Assembly: GCF_037042905.1 (NCBI RefSeq)
Contig: NC_087251.1
Location: forward strand, 15,378,001-15,442,000
DNA from: Lytechinus pictus
Lineage: Eukaryota
Direction of reading: 5' to 3'
Length of the DNA: 64,000 nt
In this document: piece after piece, positions 12,100-24,549 of the stretch
Layout: every line of letters starts with the position of its first letter
Numbering within the stretch: the first letter of the stretch is position 1
The notes under the pieces: generated by a model
The model's database searches: none
Seen by the model: only the letters and a program-made list of their open reading frames with translations
Told to the model about the DNA's origin: nothing
Position numbers and translations under genes: made by a program

Positions 12100-15001
12100 A
12101 ATATAAAATTTTTAATGTCACGGTATCAAATTTTCGCTCACGTCGCTTCACGCTTGCCCATGCCGAAAGAGCCTTAAATGGAGCTCATCCAGTTTTTTTT
12201 TTAAGTCAATAGCCCTATAAAAAAAAACACATTTCAGTTGGACAATGAACTTTCATAATCTTTTTTTTTATTTACAAATTCATATTGAGAAATGTTCAGT
12301 ATAATATCCCGTTTTTGAGTTCTGAATATATTTTTTTTTCAGCTCGCGCTATGCGCTCGCATTATTTGATACATGAAGTAAAGACCTCTCTTCTTAGTGT
12401 ATTCCAAGAAGTTTTCAAAAAATATATCGCTTGTCGGGTCCAATTGTCAAAACGTATCAGCTAGTGCTGCGCGATCGCATTTATATCTATAATTCTAACA
12501 AACTACTCAAAATCACCCCCAAAAAAATTGCTCGCATTGATTGTTAAAAACATCAAGTTATGTATCCTTTTCATGATTACAAAAAGTGCCGAAATTTACA
12601 GTTTTCAGGCCTGAATATAAGAAATGCGCTCTCATTTTGCCTATTTGATTAATGAGATACATATCCAGTTCGTGAATTCCTGCAAATAGTCTTTAAATTG
12701 ACCCTTTTTCAGATGTGAAAATCAACAGCTCGGGCTTCGGAAGAAGATAAGAATAGCAATCCTTTTCAAATGATGGCAAAATGTGTTTAGACTGCCCCGA
12801 AGTTGCCCGAACTTATCATATATTTATGTAAAAAAATATGCTCGCGCTTCAAGCCCACATCAGTGCAATTCATATCCTCTTCACAAGTTTTCTACTTGAA
12901 TTGAACCTTTTTAAGATTGAAATATCTTTTTTTTCGATCGCACTTCGTGCTCGCTGTAATCTATTCAGGAATAGGCCTATTATAGGTTTACCCATATTTT
13001 TTATGATGACAAATGTGTTTTCTAGGTCTAGATACCAGTGGCGTAGCTACGGGGGAGCCTGGGGGGGGCACGTGCCCCCCTGAGATTTTGTGTGCCCCCC
13101 CCCCCTGAAAAAAATTGGCAGAGCAAAAAAAAAAAAAAAGGGAGAAAGAAGAAAAGAAAAGAAAAAAGGAAAAGAATAAGAAAGACAGAAGAAAAAAAGA
13201 AGAGGAAAATAAGAGGAGGACGACGAGTGAATGAATAATGTGAGGGGAAGACTTGCAAAAAAAAAACCCAAATCTTTCATGTTATTATATCAATTTTTTG
13301 CTGTCGCTTCGCGCCAGAATTGCCTGTTCGATGAGATTCATATCTTGCTCAATAGGCTGATATGGAGCAAGTTTTGAAGTCAATATACAAAACATATTTT
13401 AGCTCGGACATCGAGCTTTCATTATTTTTTTTCATTTACAAATTTAAGTGCTCTGTAAAATGTTCGTTTTATGGTCTACATATCAGCATTTTAAGCTCAT
13501 GCTGCGTGGTCACATTGTTTGATTTGCCAAGTTCCTATTGTCTACGTGTATTCCATAATGTTCCATTAAACAAATGTATTCAGAATGCCAAGATTCAAGG
13601 TCTAAATCTAAAACATGCGCGATAGCCAGCATGTTCTTTATTTAAAATGTACTTAAAGTATCTAGTTTCACATCAGAATATCAATAATTGTCTGCTCACG
13701 CTTCACGATCGCATTATTAATGATACCCAATTAACTATATCCTATTTATGATTTACAAAATATGTGTCCCGCTTTTAGGTCTAAATTCACAATTTTCTTC
13801 CTCTCGCGCTTCGCGCTCGCATCAATTGTTTAGTTACATACCTATTCCATATATTAATACAAAAAGTGCTTAGAATGACAATTTTTTTAGGTCGGAATGT
13901 CAAAAAAATTTGCTCACGCTTCGCGCTCGCATTATTGAAATATATACCGTCTTCGTTGGTAACTGTAAGCAGTCCTTAAGAGGTCCCTTTTCGATAATGC
14001 TAGAACAGTTAATAAAAAATTCTGCTCGCGCTTGGCGTTCGCAGTAACCATCTAGTTACATACGAATCTTGTTCAGGATCACATTAACATTGCCCAGAAT
14101 ATTACATTTTCAGGACAAAATACATGAAAGTAAAAAAAAAAATCGATCGCGCTTCGCGCTAGCACTTTTTATAAGGCTTATGAGATTACTTCATGTTTAT
14201 GTTGTTTTATAAGAATAAAACTAAGAAGTGACTGATCGGGGAAAATATAGGTGAAGATAATTTCGGGCCCACGTCCCCTATTGGCGAAAGTCGGATCCGC
14301 CCTTGTGACACATACACAAACACCGGAAAAAATGGTGCCCCCCCCTGAAAAAGCAAGGACCCCCCAGTGCCCCCCCCCCCCAGGAAAAAAATCCTAGCTA
14401 CGCCACTGCTAGATACACAGCTTGCTCTTTATTTAAAACCTGTTTAAAATGTTTATTTTCAAATTCGAATGTCAAAAATTTTTAGCTGGCGTTTCGCGCT
14501 CACATAATAAATTTTAAAAGACACCCATTCATGATTACAAAATTTTCAGGTTTAAGTGTATAAAAAAAACCTCCTTGTGCTTCATGCTCGCATTGATCAA
14601 ATCATTATGGCTATTACAAACCTGTCCTGTTCATAAATATAAAATGTGCTCACAGTGTCCAGTTTTCAGGTCGGAATATCAATATATTTATTACTTGGAA
14701 ACGCATGTTCTTCATGATCACAAACACTGCTCAAAATGTTCAATTTTCCAGACAACATAGGGCAGAACAAAATTTCCATAGATTGATCTCGCGCTTCGCG
14801 CTCGCATTTTCTAATTATGGACTATGAGATACAATTACCTTGTTTATAAAAATAATGCTAAGAATCCTGTATGGACTACCCCTTCAAAATAATAATCCGA
14901 CATAAATCAGCTTTTAGCGGCCGACTAAGGGAAAATGTGGATGAAAATATTTTACGCCCCCCCCCCCCCCCCCCTCTTGGCGAAAGCTGGATCCGTCCCT
15001 G
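12100..15001. repeat. Older hAT-like element body with periodic gctcgcgcttcgcgctcgc motifs, interrupted by 13036-14408
   Basis: Motif recurs about every 100-130 bp; terminal-like ggatccgtccctg at 14989-15001; left end not located. Confidence 0.55.
13036..14408. mobile_element. hAT-like non-autonomous element
   Basis: TIR cagtggcgtagcta/tagctacgccactg; perfect 8-bp TSD ctagatac at 13028-13035 and 14409-14416. Confidence 0.9.
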
Positions 15002-15776
15002 TTTTGTATAAAGTTTTGAAAAAATGTAGGGCTGAAGCCCCTGTGGAGCCGTGATATGTGCAAACGCCGGGATATGTGCAAACAACGGTATATATGCAAA
15101 ATTTCGCCGGGATTTGTAAAAACAACGGAATTTGTGCAAACGCCACGCCGGGAAATGTGCAAATCTGTCAAAATTTATCAACGGTATCTGTGCAAACGTG
15201 ACGACGGGATATGTGCAAATTAACAATTTTCACGGGAAAAGTGCAAACCTCCGGGATATGTGCAAATCACTGCATTTATCCATATAAAGGCTATTTCTCA
15301 TGAAATGTTTCAGTCATAAAATTACTGTTAAAAATGAGAAACATGCCTGCATAAGGGAGAAGCTACACATCGGCAATGAAACGCTTTTCAGAGAGGCGGC
15401 GGGGGGGGGGGGGGGCACCAACCTTAAATTGAAGACCCACTGTCGTTTGGAATAACATGGATGTAGAGTGTAGTCTTTTAATGCTCCAGACCCGGTCATT
15501 TAATCATTTGAAGATCCTTCTGAACTAAGATCCTGTACTAAAGCATACATAAGGAGCATAGCCATTCAAAAAACTGCAACACCTCACCGTTTACCAAATT
15601 AAGACCTTGTAGAAATGAATATAGAATGTAGTCTTTACCCTAGACCTTGTTGTATCAATAAAAAAAAAATCTGATTTAATACCTCACCGTCTAATTCCTA
15701 TCGAATAAGTTGTTATTGTTGTTGTTGTTGTTTTAGCTTATACGGCGCGTGTCATTCAGTAGTGAATATTTGCGCC

Positions 15777-15783
15777 AAAAAAA
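15777..15783 (-). terminator. Pol III terminator (T7) of the tRNA-Tyr gene
   Basis: A7 on + gives TTTTTTT five nt downstream of the tRNA 3' end on the minus strand. Confidence 0.7.
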
Positions 15784-15788
15784 CCACA

Positions 15789-15874
15789 TCCACCGAGCCG
15801 GATTCGAACCAGCGACATAAGGTTAATCATCAATCATCTACAGTCCTCCGCTCTACCAACTGAGCTATCGGTGG
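15789..15874 (-). tRNA. tRNA-Tyr: tRNA-Tyr(GTA) with a roughly 13-nt intron; variant or possibly pseudogene
   Basis: Minus strand reads CCACCGA TA GCTC AGTTGGTA GAGC G GAGGA CTGTAG [atgattgatgatt] A ACCTT ATGTC GCTGG TTCGAAT CCGGC TCGGTGG A. A and B boxes are intact, the C1:G72 pair and A73 Tyr identity elements are present, and the intron is at the canonical 37/38 position. One A-A mismatch in the anticodon stem. Confidence 0.88.
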
Positions 15875-17453
15875 TTACTGGGTTTAAAGTGTAGTTTTTG
15901 CTCCAGACCGGGTGATTAAACAAATTCAAAACTATTTAAGCCCCGCCATCTTCCACTACTAAGACTCTGTTATAAAGAACGTGTATAACGTATTCTCAAT
16001 TCTCCAGACCCGTTTATCTAAACAAATTTTCAAGACCCCACAGTCTCATTCCTGTGAAAAAGATGGATATAAAGCGTTGTCTTTTCTCCAGACCTTTGAT
16101 TAAAAAACCTTCAAAATTAAGACCCAAGACTAAGACTCCGTTATAAAGCAAGGGTACATATCGTAGTCTTTACTCCAGACCCGTTAAAAAAAATTATGTT
16201 ATAATCTTCAAAAATAAGACCCTGTAAGAAAGCATGGATATAAGAGCACAGTCTTTACCCCAGACGCTGTTATCAAAAAAATTAGGAGATCTTCAATTTG
16301 ACGACCCCATCGTCTCATATCTGTGGGGAAAAATGGATATAGAGTGTAGTCTTTACTCCAAACCTGGTGATTAAAAAAAACTTAAATAGTAAGACCCCAT
16401 CATCTTCCAAACTAATAGTCTATAAGTATAACAAAGCACGGGTACCTATAGCATAGCCTTTACTCCATATCCATTTATTAAAAAAAACTACACTGTACAC
16501 CCACTGTATAATTACTGTATACCCATGTGCTACATTACAGGTTCTTAGTATTGAAGATGACGGGATTGACGTTTCGAAGATTCTTGATTTTTTTTTCTTC
16601 AAATGACTGGGTCTGGAGAAAATAATAACTCTATATCCATATGCTTGATGACATGGCAATGGTTTAGAAGATGGTGAGGTTTAAATTGTAAAGTTTATTT
16701 CTCTTTTTAACCACCGGGTTTTGAGTAAAGACTACGCTTAGCTAGTCCAGGTATAGCGTTAATCCTGTTGTTTGGAAGAATATATGGCCAAGACTGAGTA
16801 TTAAAAAGTAGACTAGTAACCTTCATCTTGTAGGGTAAGGTCGCATTGGGTCTGGAAAAGGAGACTACCAGCATGGGTCGGCAGAGCAAAATTGATAGGG
16901 GAGGGGAGGGCACAGCAAAAAAGGGCACTTCCTCTTTTGAAAAGGGCACTTGAAACAAAAAACTTTTTTAAAAACAAAATAGCATAATGTACCCTAGTAG
17001 GGTAATGAGCAAAATGATTGAGTGGGACAAACATGGCGTGTGGGGCAAAATTTCTTTAAAGCTGCGAGCGAGCGAGCAAAATTTTGAAACTTTTAATGAA
17101 AAAAAAAACATTTGTGATAGATTTTGACATAGAGAACACTATCATATTTCACCACTTTTCTTTCCTTTTCTTCTTTTCTTTTTCTTGGTATTGAAAACTT
17201 TTGGAGTCCATGGAACGAGGTCCATTTCTTAAGGGGGCAAGTGCCCCCCCCCCCTCTCCCTCTGCTCAGATGCCCCTGCATAAAAGAAAGGACGCTAATT
17301 GCAAATACATATACCTTATATTAGCAAATTGGACATTTGAACAAACCAGAAGAGAAGGGGCATTTATCAGAATATTCATATGGGGCACTTGATCAAAGGT
17401 GAAGATGTACACACTACAGAAGAAGAATTTCACTCTGAAAAGGGGCAACTTAA

Positions 17454-18210
17454 CCCTATCTAGGTCGGGGTATTTTTGGAATTCATATGGCCGGGGGAGG
17501 GGGGCCTCCCAGGCCCCCCCCCCCCCTTGAGATCTCGGCCGTCGACCGCGCGATCGCACCGAAAATTGGCACTCATGTTGTCTGGGATATAATCTACAAA
17601 ATTGTATAGTAATTTATTTCATGCAAATCGTTATTACGTAATTATGCTAATTTATGCGTAATTAGTATGCAAAATCATACTTTTTCCTCTAACTCCGTAA
17701 ATAAAGCTCCAAATGTTCTAATTTTTGGAATAGAAACCCTTTGTGATGTTCTTAGCAAGTGTACATGAAAAAATTGTGATAACAGATCAATTTCCTATGT
17801 ATGATATTGTTTTTTGCAATTTCTTATATGTATTTCTTTGTTTTTTGGACCTTTTGTTTTTCATTGTTTTTTCAATGAAATTCGTTGGGGACTCTTCTAA
17901 GATCATAAACAGCATAAAATACATACATTTAGGCGTGCAAAACTAAAAATAATCATTTATGATTTTTGGTTGAAAACACAATTTACATTGACTTTAAGCA
18001 ATTTTTGGTCTGAGATGCACTTACGTAACATTGCGTAACTTCGGGACCGCGTACCCGGGTGACGCAAAATTGGTCTCAAAAGGTGCGGAAGACTTGAAAG
18101 TAAAAAGTCAGCGAGCAGCGCGGTCAAAAAATTTTGCGCGACGAAAATATCGCGCGACTCGTTGAGGGGGGAGGGGGGGCCTCCGAGCCCCCCCCCCGGT
18201 CTAGATAGGG
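17454..18210. mobile_element. piggyBac-like MITE
   Basis: ccctatctag...ctagataggg with TTAA at 17450-17453 and 18211-18214; related to 55504-56268 and 62982-63731. Confidence 0.88.
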
Positions 18211-20131
18211 TTAAAGGGGCGAGAGGAAAATTTTTAAAGGATTTTTATTATTTAAATATGCACTTTTAGAAGGGATAAGAACGCGAAATAAGGAAAACGG
18301 ACAATGACAGGGCATGAAAAGAACGGTTTTAAGGAATGGAAACTTATCTGATACGAGAATGGGCACTTATATTTATAAAAAGGTAAAGGGGCACACTTTA
18401 ACACATAAAACAGGTCCTTCTAAGATGAAAGGGGCAAAGTTCTTGGGTTAAAAGGGAAAACTGTTTAGTGCTTCAAAAAGTGGGGGCACTGTGAACCCCC
18501 TGCCCCCCCCCCCCCCCCGGATCGCAGCCCCTGCATTCATATCATATGGAACATTCGTTGTAAAATCGAGGTGTATGAATTGCAACCTAAAAATATTTCA
18601 TTTAGCGAGTAAAGTGCATCGCATTTGTGGGTATATAGTTCAAAATTAATGCCTCTTGTTGGTAAAGTGCGCTAGTATGATATGATTGTGTGGGAAATAT
18701 TTTCATATACGTTAGTGGGTACAGTGTTTTTACACATGTGGCTGATATTACACAAGCTGGCGTCACTTTGGGTGTGTTAAAAGAGATAGGAAACAATGTC
18801 TTGTTTGAATGTTCATAGATTCATAAAAAATTAATATCAAATGGCATAGTAATCAAGACATTTTGGGTTTATAATTAAATTTTAAAGAAATTCGACAACT
18901 TCTGATGAAATCTGGAAATGAAATCAACAGATCAAGTTCAATGTGTGTATCAGTGGAAATCAATTGCCTCTCCCACCCCCTTTAATAATTGCCCCATGCA
19001 GTGTTCGAAACAGTACTAAATGTCCCTTTAAGGTGACACGACATATACTCCTGCGAAAATTGCGACAATTAATATCTCAGAAGGCATAGGATTAGTGTTA
19101 GGATTGTGATAGAGTTTTTGGTTCAGAATATTGTCATGATTACGATTAGGGTGTATTTAGTTTTGGAGGTTAGCTTTTATGTTTCGCTAAATGTTTAGAA
19201 TTTCCATCGGAGCAATTGTCGCCAGAGCAAATTCCGTTGTTTGCACAAATCCCGGCGAAATTTTGCACATATACCGTTGTTTGCACATATCCCGGCGTTT
19301 GCACATATCACGGCTCCACAGCCCCCCCCCCCCCCCCCCCCTCGTTCCGCGGTCCCTGCATGCATTTGTCATCTGACAAGGTATCAGAGCTGTATACAAC
19401 TGTAATTTTTACTACTAACTGGACTTAGATTGAAAGCGTCCTTTCAGAAACACTCTCTTAGTCAACTCTGAACTCGGCCCTGCCGAAAATTTGGTGCCTA
19501 GTGAGGACTGAGTCGTGCATGGTACCCATGCAAGTCCCCCTCCCCCAAAAAAAATCGAATGAGGGATTCGAGGCGTCGACGACGGTTTGGGCCCGGGTTT
19601 GGAAGAAGGGATATTTTTCAGCTTTGGCGTTCGGCGTTTAAATGATAAAGGGGGTATTATAACAATCTTACGCCAGTTTAGTAGGCCTACATTTTCAAAT
19701 TTTGGTCTCAACGCCAAACATTTAACGCCGTTCAGGGGTATGAATTTGACCCAATTGATTACTCGGGGATTTTGGATCCAATTTTGAAATGCTTGGACGA
19801 GTATGCGTACCACTTCAGCTCGGGCCGGTTGATGGTTGATAATTGGATCATGGGTGTCGATCACGGGGGGGGGGGGGGGGAGGGGATGGGGGGATATATC
19901 CCCCAATATTTCAAGTGGGGGGATGGCCTGTATTATCATCCCCCCCCCAATAATTTAGGGTAGAAAAATTATAATAATGATGATGAAAAAATGAAAAGTT
20001 GATCATGATGATTATAGTGATGATTATAGAATGCCATCAATCAGTTTGTTTCCCTCGCAATTTGTGTATATTGTTATTAAATAAAAACATTATTTTCCAT
20101 GACTTTTAAACAGATGTGTGGAGGTTCAAAC

Positions 20132-20671
20132 CCCGGGGGGGGGGGGGCACTCGACCAAAAAATTGGTAGGGGTGTGCCGCGGGCGAGGCAAAAAACGGGG
20201 GTCTTGGAGCGGGCTTATTGTAAAAAGGAGGGTCCTCGGAACGGGCTTCGGAACTACAAATGTTTATGAAAACGGGGGTCATCGGAACGGATCTCCGTAT
20301 CTCTGTGAGTGCGTATGCATCCCTATGGAACGGGCAATCGTGCATGACGCAGCTAGCGCGGCCTCCGCCGGGTGCGCTCGCGCTTAGGCGATGGTCGAAA
20401 AGCGCTCTACGGCCGCTTTTCACCAAAATTGTAGCAGATCAATGCGACCGGAACGGCGTAACGAAAAATATGCGAAGCTTTGGAGCGGATTTCTTTCTTC
20501 TTTTTTCTCGATAAGAAGGAAATGCTATGCCTTGGAGCGGCTTTCTTTGTTCTTTTTCTCAATAAGACAAAAATGCTATGCCTTGGAACGGAAATTTGAG
20601 TGTAAAAATGGGGGTCCCCTCCGCGGCACATACCCACTATGCATTATATACTGAGTGCCCCCCCCCCCGGG
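20132..20671. mobile_element. CCCGGG(G)n-ended MITE with an 8-bp TSD
   Basis: cccg(g)ncactc...gagtg(c)nggg; TSD gttcaaac at 20124-20131 and 20672-20679. Confidence 0.85.
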
Positions 20672-21012
20672 GTTCAAACACGCCTCAACTGCGTTGCAAT
20701 GTGCCACACCCATCGTGCAATCCTAGACAATCTGAACATACAGGAACTCTGCGAGGAATTTGCAATGAGGTCTGACATGAGGCGAAAGATTTTCGGACAT
20801 TATTGAGACTACCTGAAATAGATGTTGTTCTATTTCACCACTGGCGTAAATCCGTGTTGATGGGTGGGGGGATGACTGAAATATTTTGGCATTTTTTTGC
20901 AATCACGTTTTAGATATGCAAGGAATTGTCATTGATATGTCCACAGTGGCGTACCGTGGGTCACGGCATTGGGGAGGGGGGGGGGGCACCAGCAACATTT
21001 TTGAATCACTAA

Positions 21013-21463
21013 TACCGTGTTTACACTTAATCGGCATTTGAATCGGCTCGCGGTTCTGAACCGCGAGCCGATGCAGCATCGGCTTTTTCATAGCGTGTAA
21101 ACGCGAGTAACTTGAATCGGCTCGCGGTTCAGAACCGGCAATTTGCACCACCAAAGTAGTAGGTTCTGAACCGCGAGCCGATGCAGAATCGGCTTTTTTA
21201 CTACGTGTAAACAGAAAGCCGATTCTGCACCGGCAATTTGTGCGCATTTCAATTACTTTACCATTGTGACGTATTTGTTAGCGCACTGATCCAGCGTTGT
21301 CTTTATTATGACGTATATTGTAGGTATGCGTATCATTTCAAGTTTTTGCATCGGCTCGCGGTTCTGAACCGTGAGCTGTAACAACGTGTAAACGCAATCC
21401 AAATGCCGATTCTGCATCGGCAATTGGTTCAGAACCAATTGCCGATTAAGTGTAAACACGGTA
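21013..21463. mobile_element. Harbinger-like MITE (TACC termini), complete copy
   Basis: 24-bp TIR taccgtgtttacacttaatcggca; internal palindromes cggctcgcggttctgaaccgcgagccg. Confidence 0.85.
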
Positions 21464-21496
21464 ATACTGACCTAAAAGATACATTTTAAGGACGAA

Positions 21497-21780
21497 TACC
21501 GTGTTTACACTTAATCGGCATTTGAATCGGCTCGCGGTTCTGAACCGCGAGCCGATTCAGCATCGGCTTTTTCATAGCGTGTAAACGCGAGCAACTTGAA
21601 TCGGCTCGCGGTTCAGAACCGGCAATTTGCACCACCAAAGTAGTAGGTTCTGAACCGCGAGCCGATGCAGAATCGGCTTTTTTACTACGTGTAAACAGAA
21701 AGCCGATTCTGCACCGGCAATTTATGCGCATTTCAATTACTTTACCATTGTGACGTAATTGTAAGCGCACTGATCCAGCG
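21497..21780. mobile_element. Second, 3'-truncated copy of the 21013 MITE
   Basis: Near-identical to 21013-21296, then diverges; no right TIR. Confidence 0.85.
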
Positions 21781-23992
21781 CTGAAAACTTAGATAATTCA
21801 GACCTGAAGTGGGGTATTCTAAGGTTTCTTTGTAGGAATTAACTAGGACCATACGTATTTCATTAACCAAATGATGCGAGCGCGAAGCGCGAGCTGAAAA
21901 TTTTTGATATTCAGATCAGAAGAAGGGACATTTTAAGGACTGATTTTAGGAATTCATGAAGAGCAGACATATCTCACCAATCCACTAATGCGAACGTAAT
22001 CACGGACAGGAAATGTTTCATATATTCGAAGACCTTAACATGGGGCAATCACTTTTGAGTCATGAAAAATAAGCATATGTCACTACATAAAACAATGATA
22101 ACTCAAGTGCTAGGAAATATATTTGGTTTATATTGACTTGAAAACGGGATGTTTTAGTACAACAGGATTATATATCTCGTTAAACAGACAATGCGAGCAC
22201 CAGGAACAATAAAAAAAAAGACGTAGGCCCTGGGCAAATTATGTTTCATAAAGTTTTAATGTAACATAACATAATTATAATATAATATAATTAACAGTAT
22301 AATTAATAATATTTTCTTCTTTCCCACTACGTTTCTCTTCCTTTCTCCCTTTTTCTCCTTTTCCCCCTTTCCCCGTTTTTTTTTGTCAGCCGATGGGGGG
22401 ATGTTCCCCCCATGCCCCCCGTTGTTACGCCACTGTATGTCCATATGGCAAATACCCCTCCAATATTATTATCTTTTTTTACCCCATGATGGTTTAATGG
22501 TTTTATTAGAGATTACATTAAAAAAAATTTGACATTCCATCTTAATCCCTTCCCAAAGACCCCAACATTGATGAATTGTAAGAAACGGGGGTTTCTCTTC
22601 AATGTTATAATAAGGACATTTCGTTTGGAAATGGTGAAATGGCTCTTTATTTGCATTTTATGATTCAATAATATTGTTTTATTTGTTAAGCGGTATTTTA
22701 GGAAGAATTTTCACCAATAAAACAATTATCTCTTGTGATTTTTTTTCTTCATTTCTTTCGTAAAAAGTGGGGGATGTTTGTACAGGCCACCCCCCCTCCT
22801 CGAAAAGTGGGGGGGATATATCCCCCCCATCCCCCCGGGATTTACGCCAGTGTATTTTACCCTTTTTCTTATTCATTCCCAGAAAATTCAAAGTAAAAGA
22901 AAAATACCTTTGCGTTTCTATAGAGTATAGGCTAATCACTTCATTTATTTGCCTGGTTATACACACTTTACCGATGTATGTCATGGTAGTATTGTTATAT
23001 ATTAAGTTCGGCATTCAGTAAACCTTTGAACAAGAAAATATACCAAAAGGAAGATGTGCAAAAAACGAAAGTCACCCCTACTTGTATATCCAAATACCTT
23101 GACTTGAACGATAAGTTTTGGTCAATAATATTTTGCAGGAGAGCATTGATGTCCTCATTACCCATCTATGTGGAAATGAGGTGCCTATAGTCATGAAAGA
23201 GTGAGCCCATATCAAATGCAAAATTTCACTTTTAAAAAGTCATAATGGTCGTTTGGTGATCAGTATAGCTCATATGTATGGTGCTTTTGTTGTATGCGGT
23301 TGGATGTAATTAATATTAAACATTTTATCATGTGACCCCATCAGATACCTCTCATGAGAATATTGAGGTTCAGTGAGCTCAATATAATATGATCATATTT
23401 TTACAATTTTTTTAATAAGTGAAAGCAATTAATGGTTTCAAAGGGATGACAGTTTTGCATTCTATGAGCACACTCATGCGGTACGTAAATTTCATTTTAA
23501 CACATTTATTAGCTGATATTACACACTGATGGTTCAAGAAAATGTTGTAGAAATATCATAACATGACAGTTGAGTTTTGATTGTTTTTATGTTTGTTTTT
23601 GTTTCATGCACTTATAAATTATTCAAAACATGTTAAAATTCAGGGTTAAAATCGTCTAAGGAATGACGGTAAGCCCGATGGCGCACGAGAAGCCACACAG
23701 TTTGTAATGTGTGCTAGTCTTAACTTGTCCGAATCTGCATTTTATCAACCGCGTAGCCAGGATTTCATTTTGGAGGGGGCGGTAAATGCACGCGAAGCGT
23801 GCCAACCTATGGTGCCAACCAGCGCGCAAAGCGCGCTCCCTAGGGGGTGGTGCAGGGAGGGGGAGTTTCCCCCTCCCGCGCGAAGCGTGAAGCTTTCGGT
23901 GTTTCATAAATTGAAATAAAAAGGAGCCGCCTCCCTTGTCTCTAGTACCTACATCAGCTCCAATTCATTTGACTATATTGTGATTTTGAACC

Positions 23993-24168
23993 TGTTATGT
24001 ACTCCTAATTAACCTACAGTAATTAGTAATTAAGGCACATAAATAAGCACACGTCTGATACTCTTGGTATATGATTCCAAAGCAAGTTTATTCCGCATTG
24101 CGCCTGCGCAGCTACAATTGTGAGTCATGGTATGACATCATGTATGACATCATTATCAATATATAACA
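23993..24168 (-). repeat. 3' LTR (176 bp)
   Basis: tgttatgt...atataaca, identical to 28593-28768 by base-by-base comparison. Confidence 0.95.
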
Positions 24169-24181
24169 TCTCTCCCCCTTT
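24169..24181 (-). promoter_or_regulatory. Polypurine tract (PPT)
   Basis: Minus-strand AAAGGGGGAGAGA abutting the 3' LTR. Confidence 0.9.
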
Positions 24182-24549
24182 AGATTAAACATACCTTTTA
24201 AATATCCCAATTCAATTTGCAACTTAATAACTGTGCCAGTAAATATTCAACTGGTCATGAAACTATATATTGAAATTTAACAATTTCTTTGATAGCAGAT
24301 GAAATTTAACAATTTCTTTGATAGCAGTTCCCGGATTAAAATTTAACCTCGATAAACTTTTGATACTTATCAAACATTAACTGGTATACGTCAGTCAGGA
24401 ACTGAAGTTAGAATTAAAACTAATAAATTCAATGATACTTTCTGTTTGAGTGAACTAAACCATTAAATCAGGAATTTTGACAAGGTCCAAAAATATTTGA
24501 GTTAATAATCCAAGACAAGATCTTATTAAAATTATAGTTGCGTCCAAAT

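Larger units (their letters stand above)
15455..16870. repeat. Diverged roughly 85-160-bp tandem repeat array with an orientation switch near 16520
   Basis: Core ggatatagagtgtagtctttactccagacc recurs on + (e.g. near 15460, 15620, 15890, 16065, 16155, 16235, 16335, 16441), then as reverse complement (gggtctggagaa near 16610, gagtaaagactac near 16722, gggtctggaaaaggagactac near 16848). Confidence 0.7.
15042..19320. mobile_element. Long-TIR non-autonomous element with TGT...ACA ends (Ginger-like), carrying a tRNA gene and nested insertions
   Basis: 93-bp TIRs at 15042-15134 and 19228-19320 with 3 mismatches, built from gatatgtgcaaac units; candidate 5-bp TSD gcccc at 15037-15041 and 19321-19325; no transposase ORF. 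The Ginger assignment is inferred from termini and TSD length. Confidence 0.75.
20944..22435. mobile_element. hAT-like MITE (host of two Harbinger-like MITEs)
   Basis: TIR cagtggcgta/tacgccactg; perfect TSD tatgtcca at 20936-20943 and 22436-22443. Confidence 0.88.
20839..22852. mobile_element. hAT-like MITE (host of 20944-22435)
   Basis: TIR cactggcgtaaatcc/ggatttacgccagtg; TSD tatttcac/tattttac (7/8). Confidence 0.85.

Noticed and set aside
15042..15270. CRISPR-like short repeats (gatatgtgcaaac)
   Set aside because: Units are adjacent without unique spacers, form a transposon TIR, and the context is eukaryotic with no cas genes.
20903..21770. Duplicated 94-114-aa ORFs
   Set aside because: Chance frames through palindromic MITE copies.
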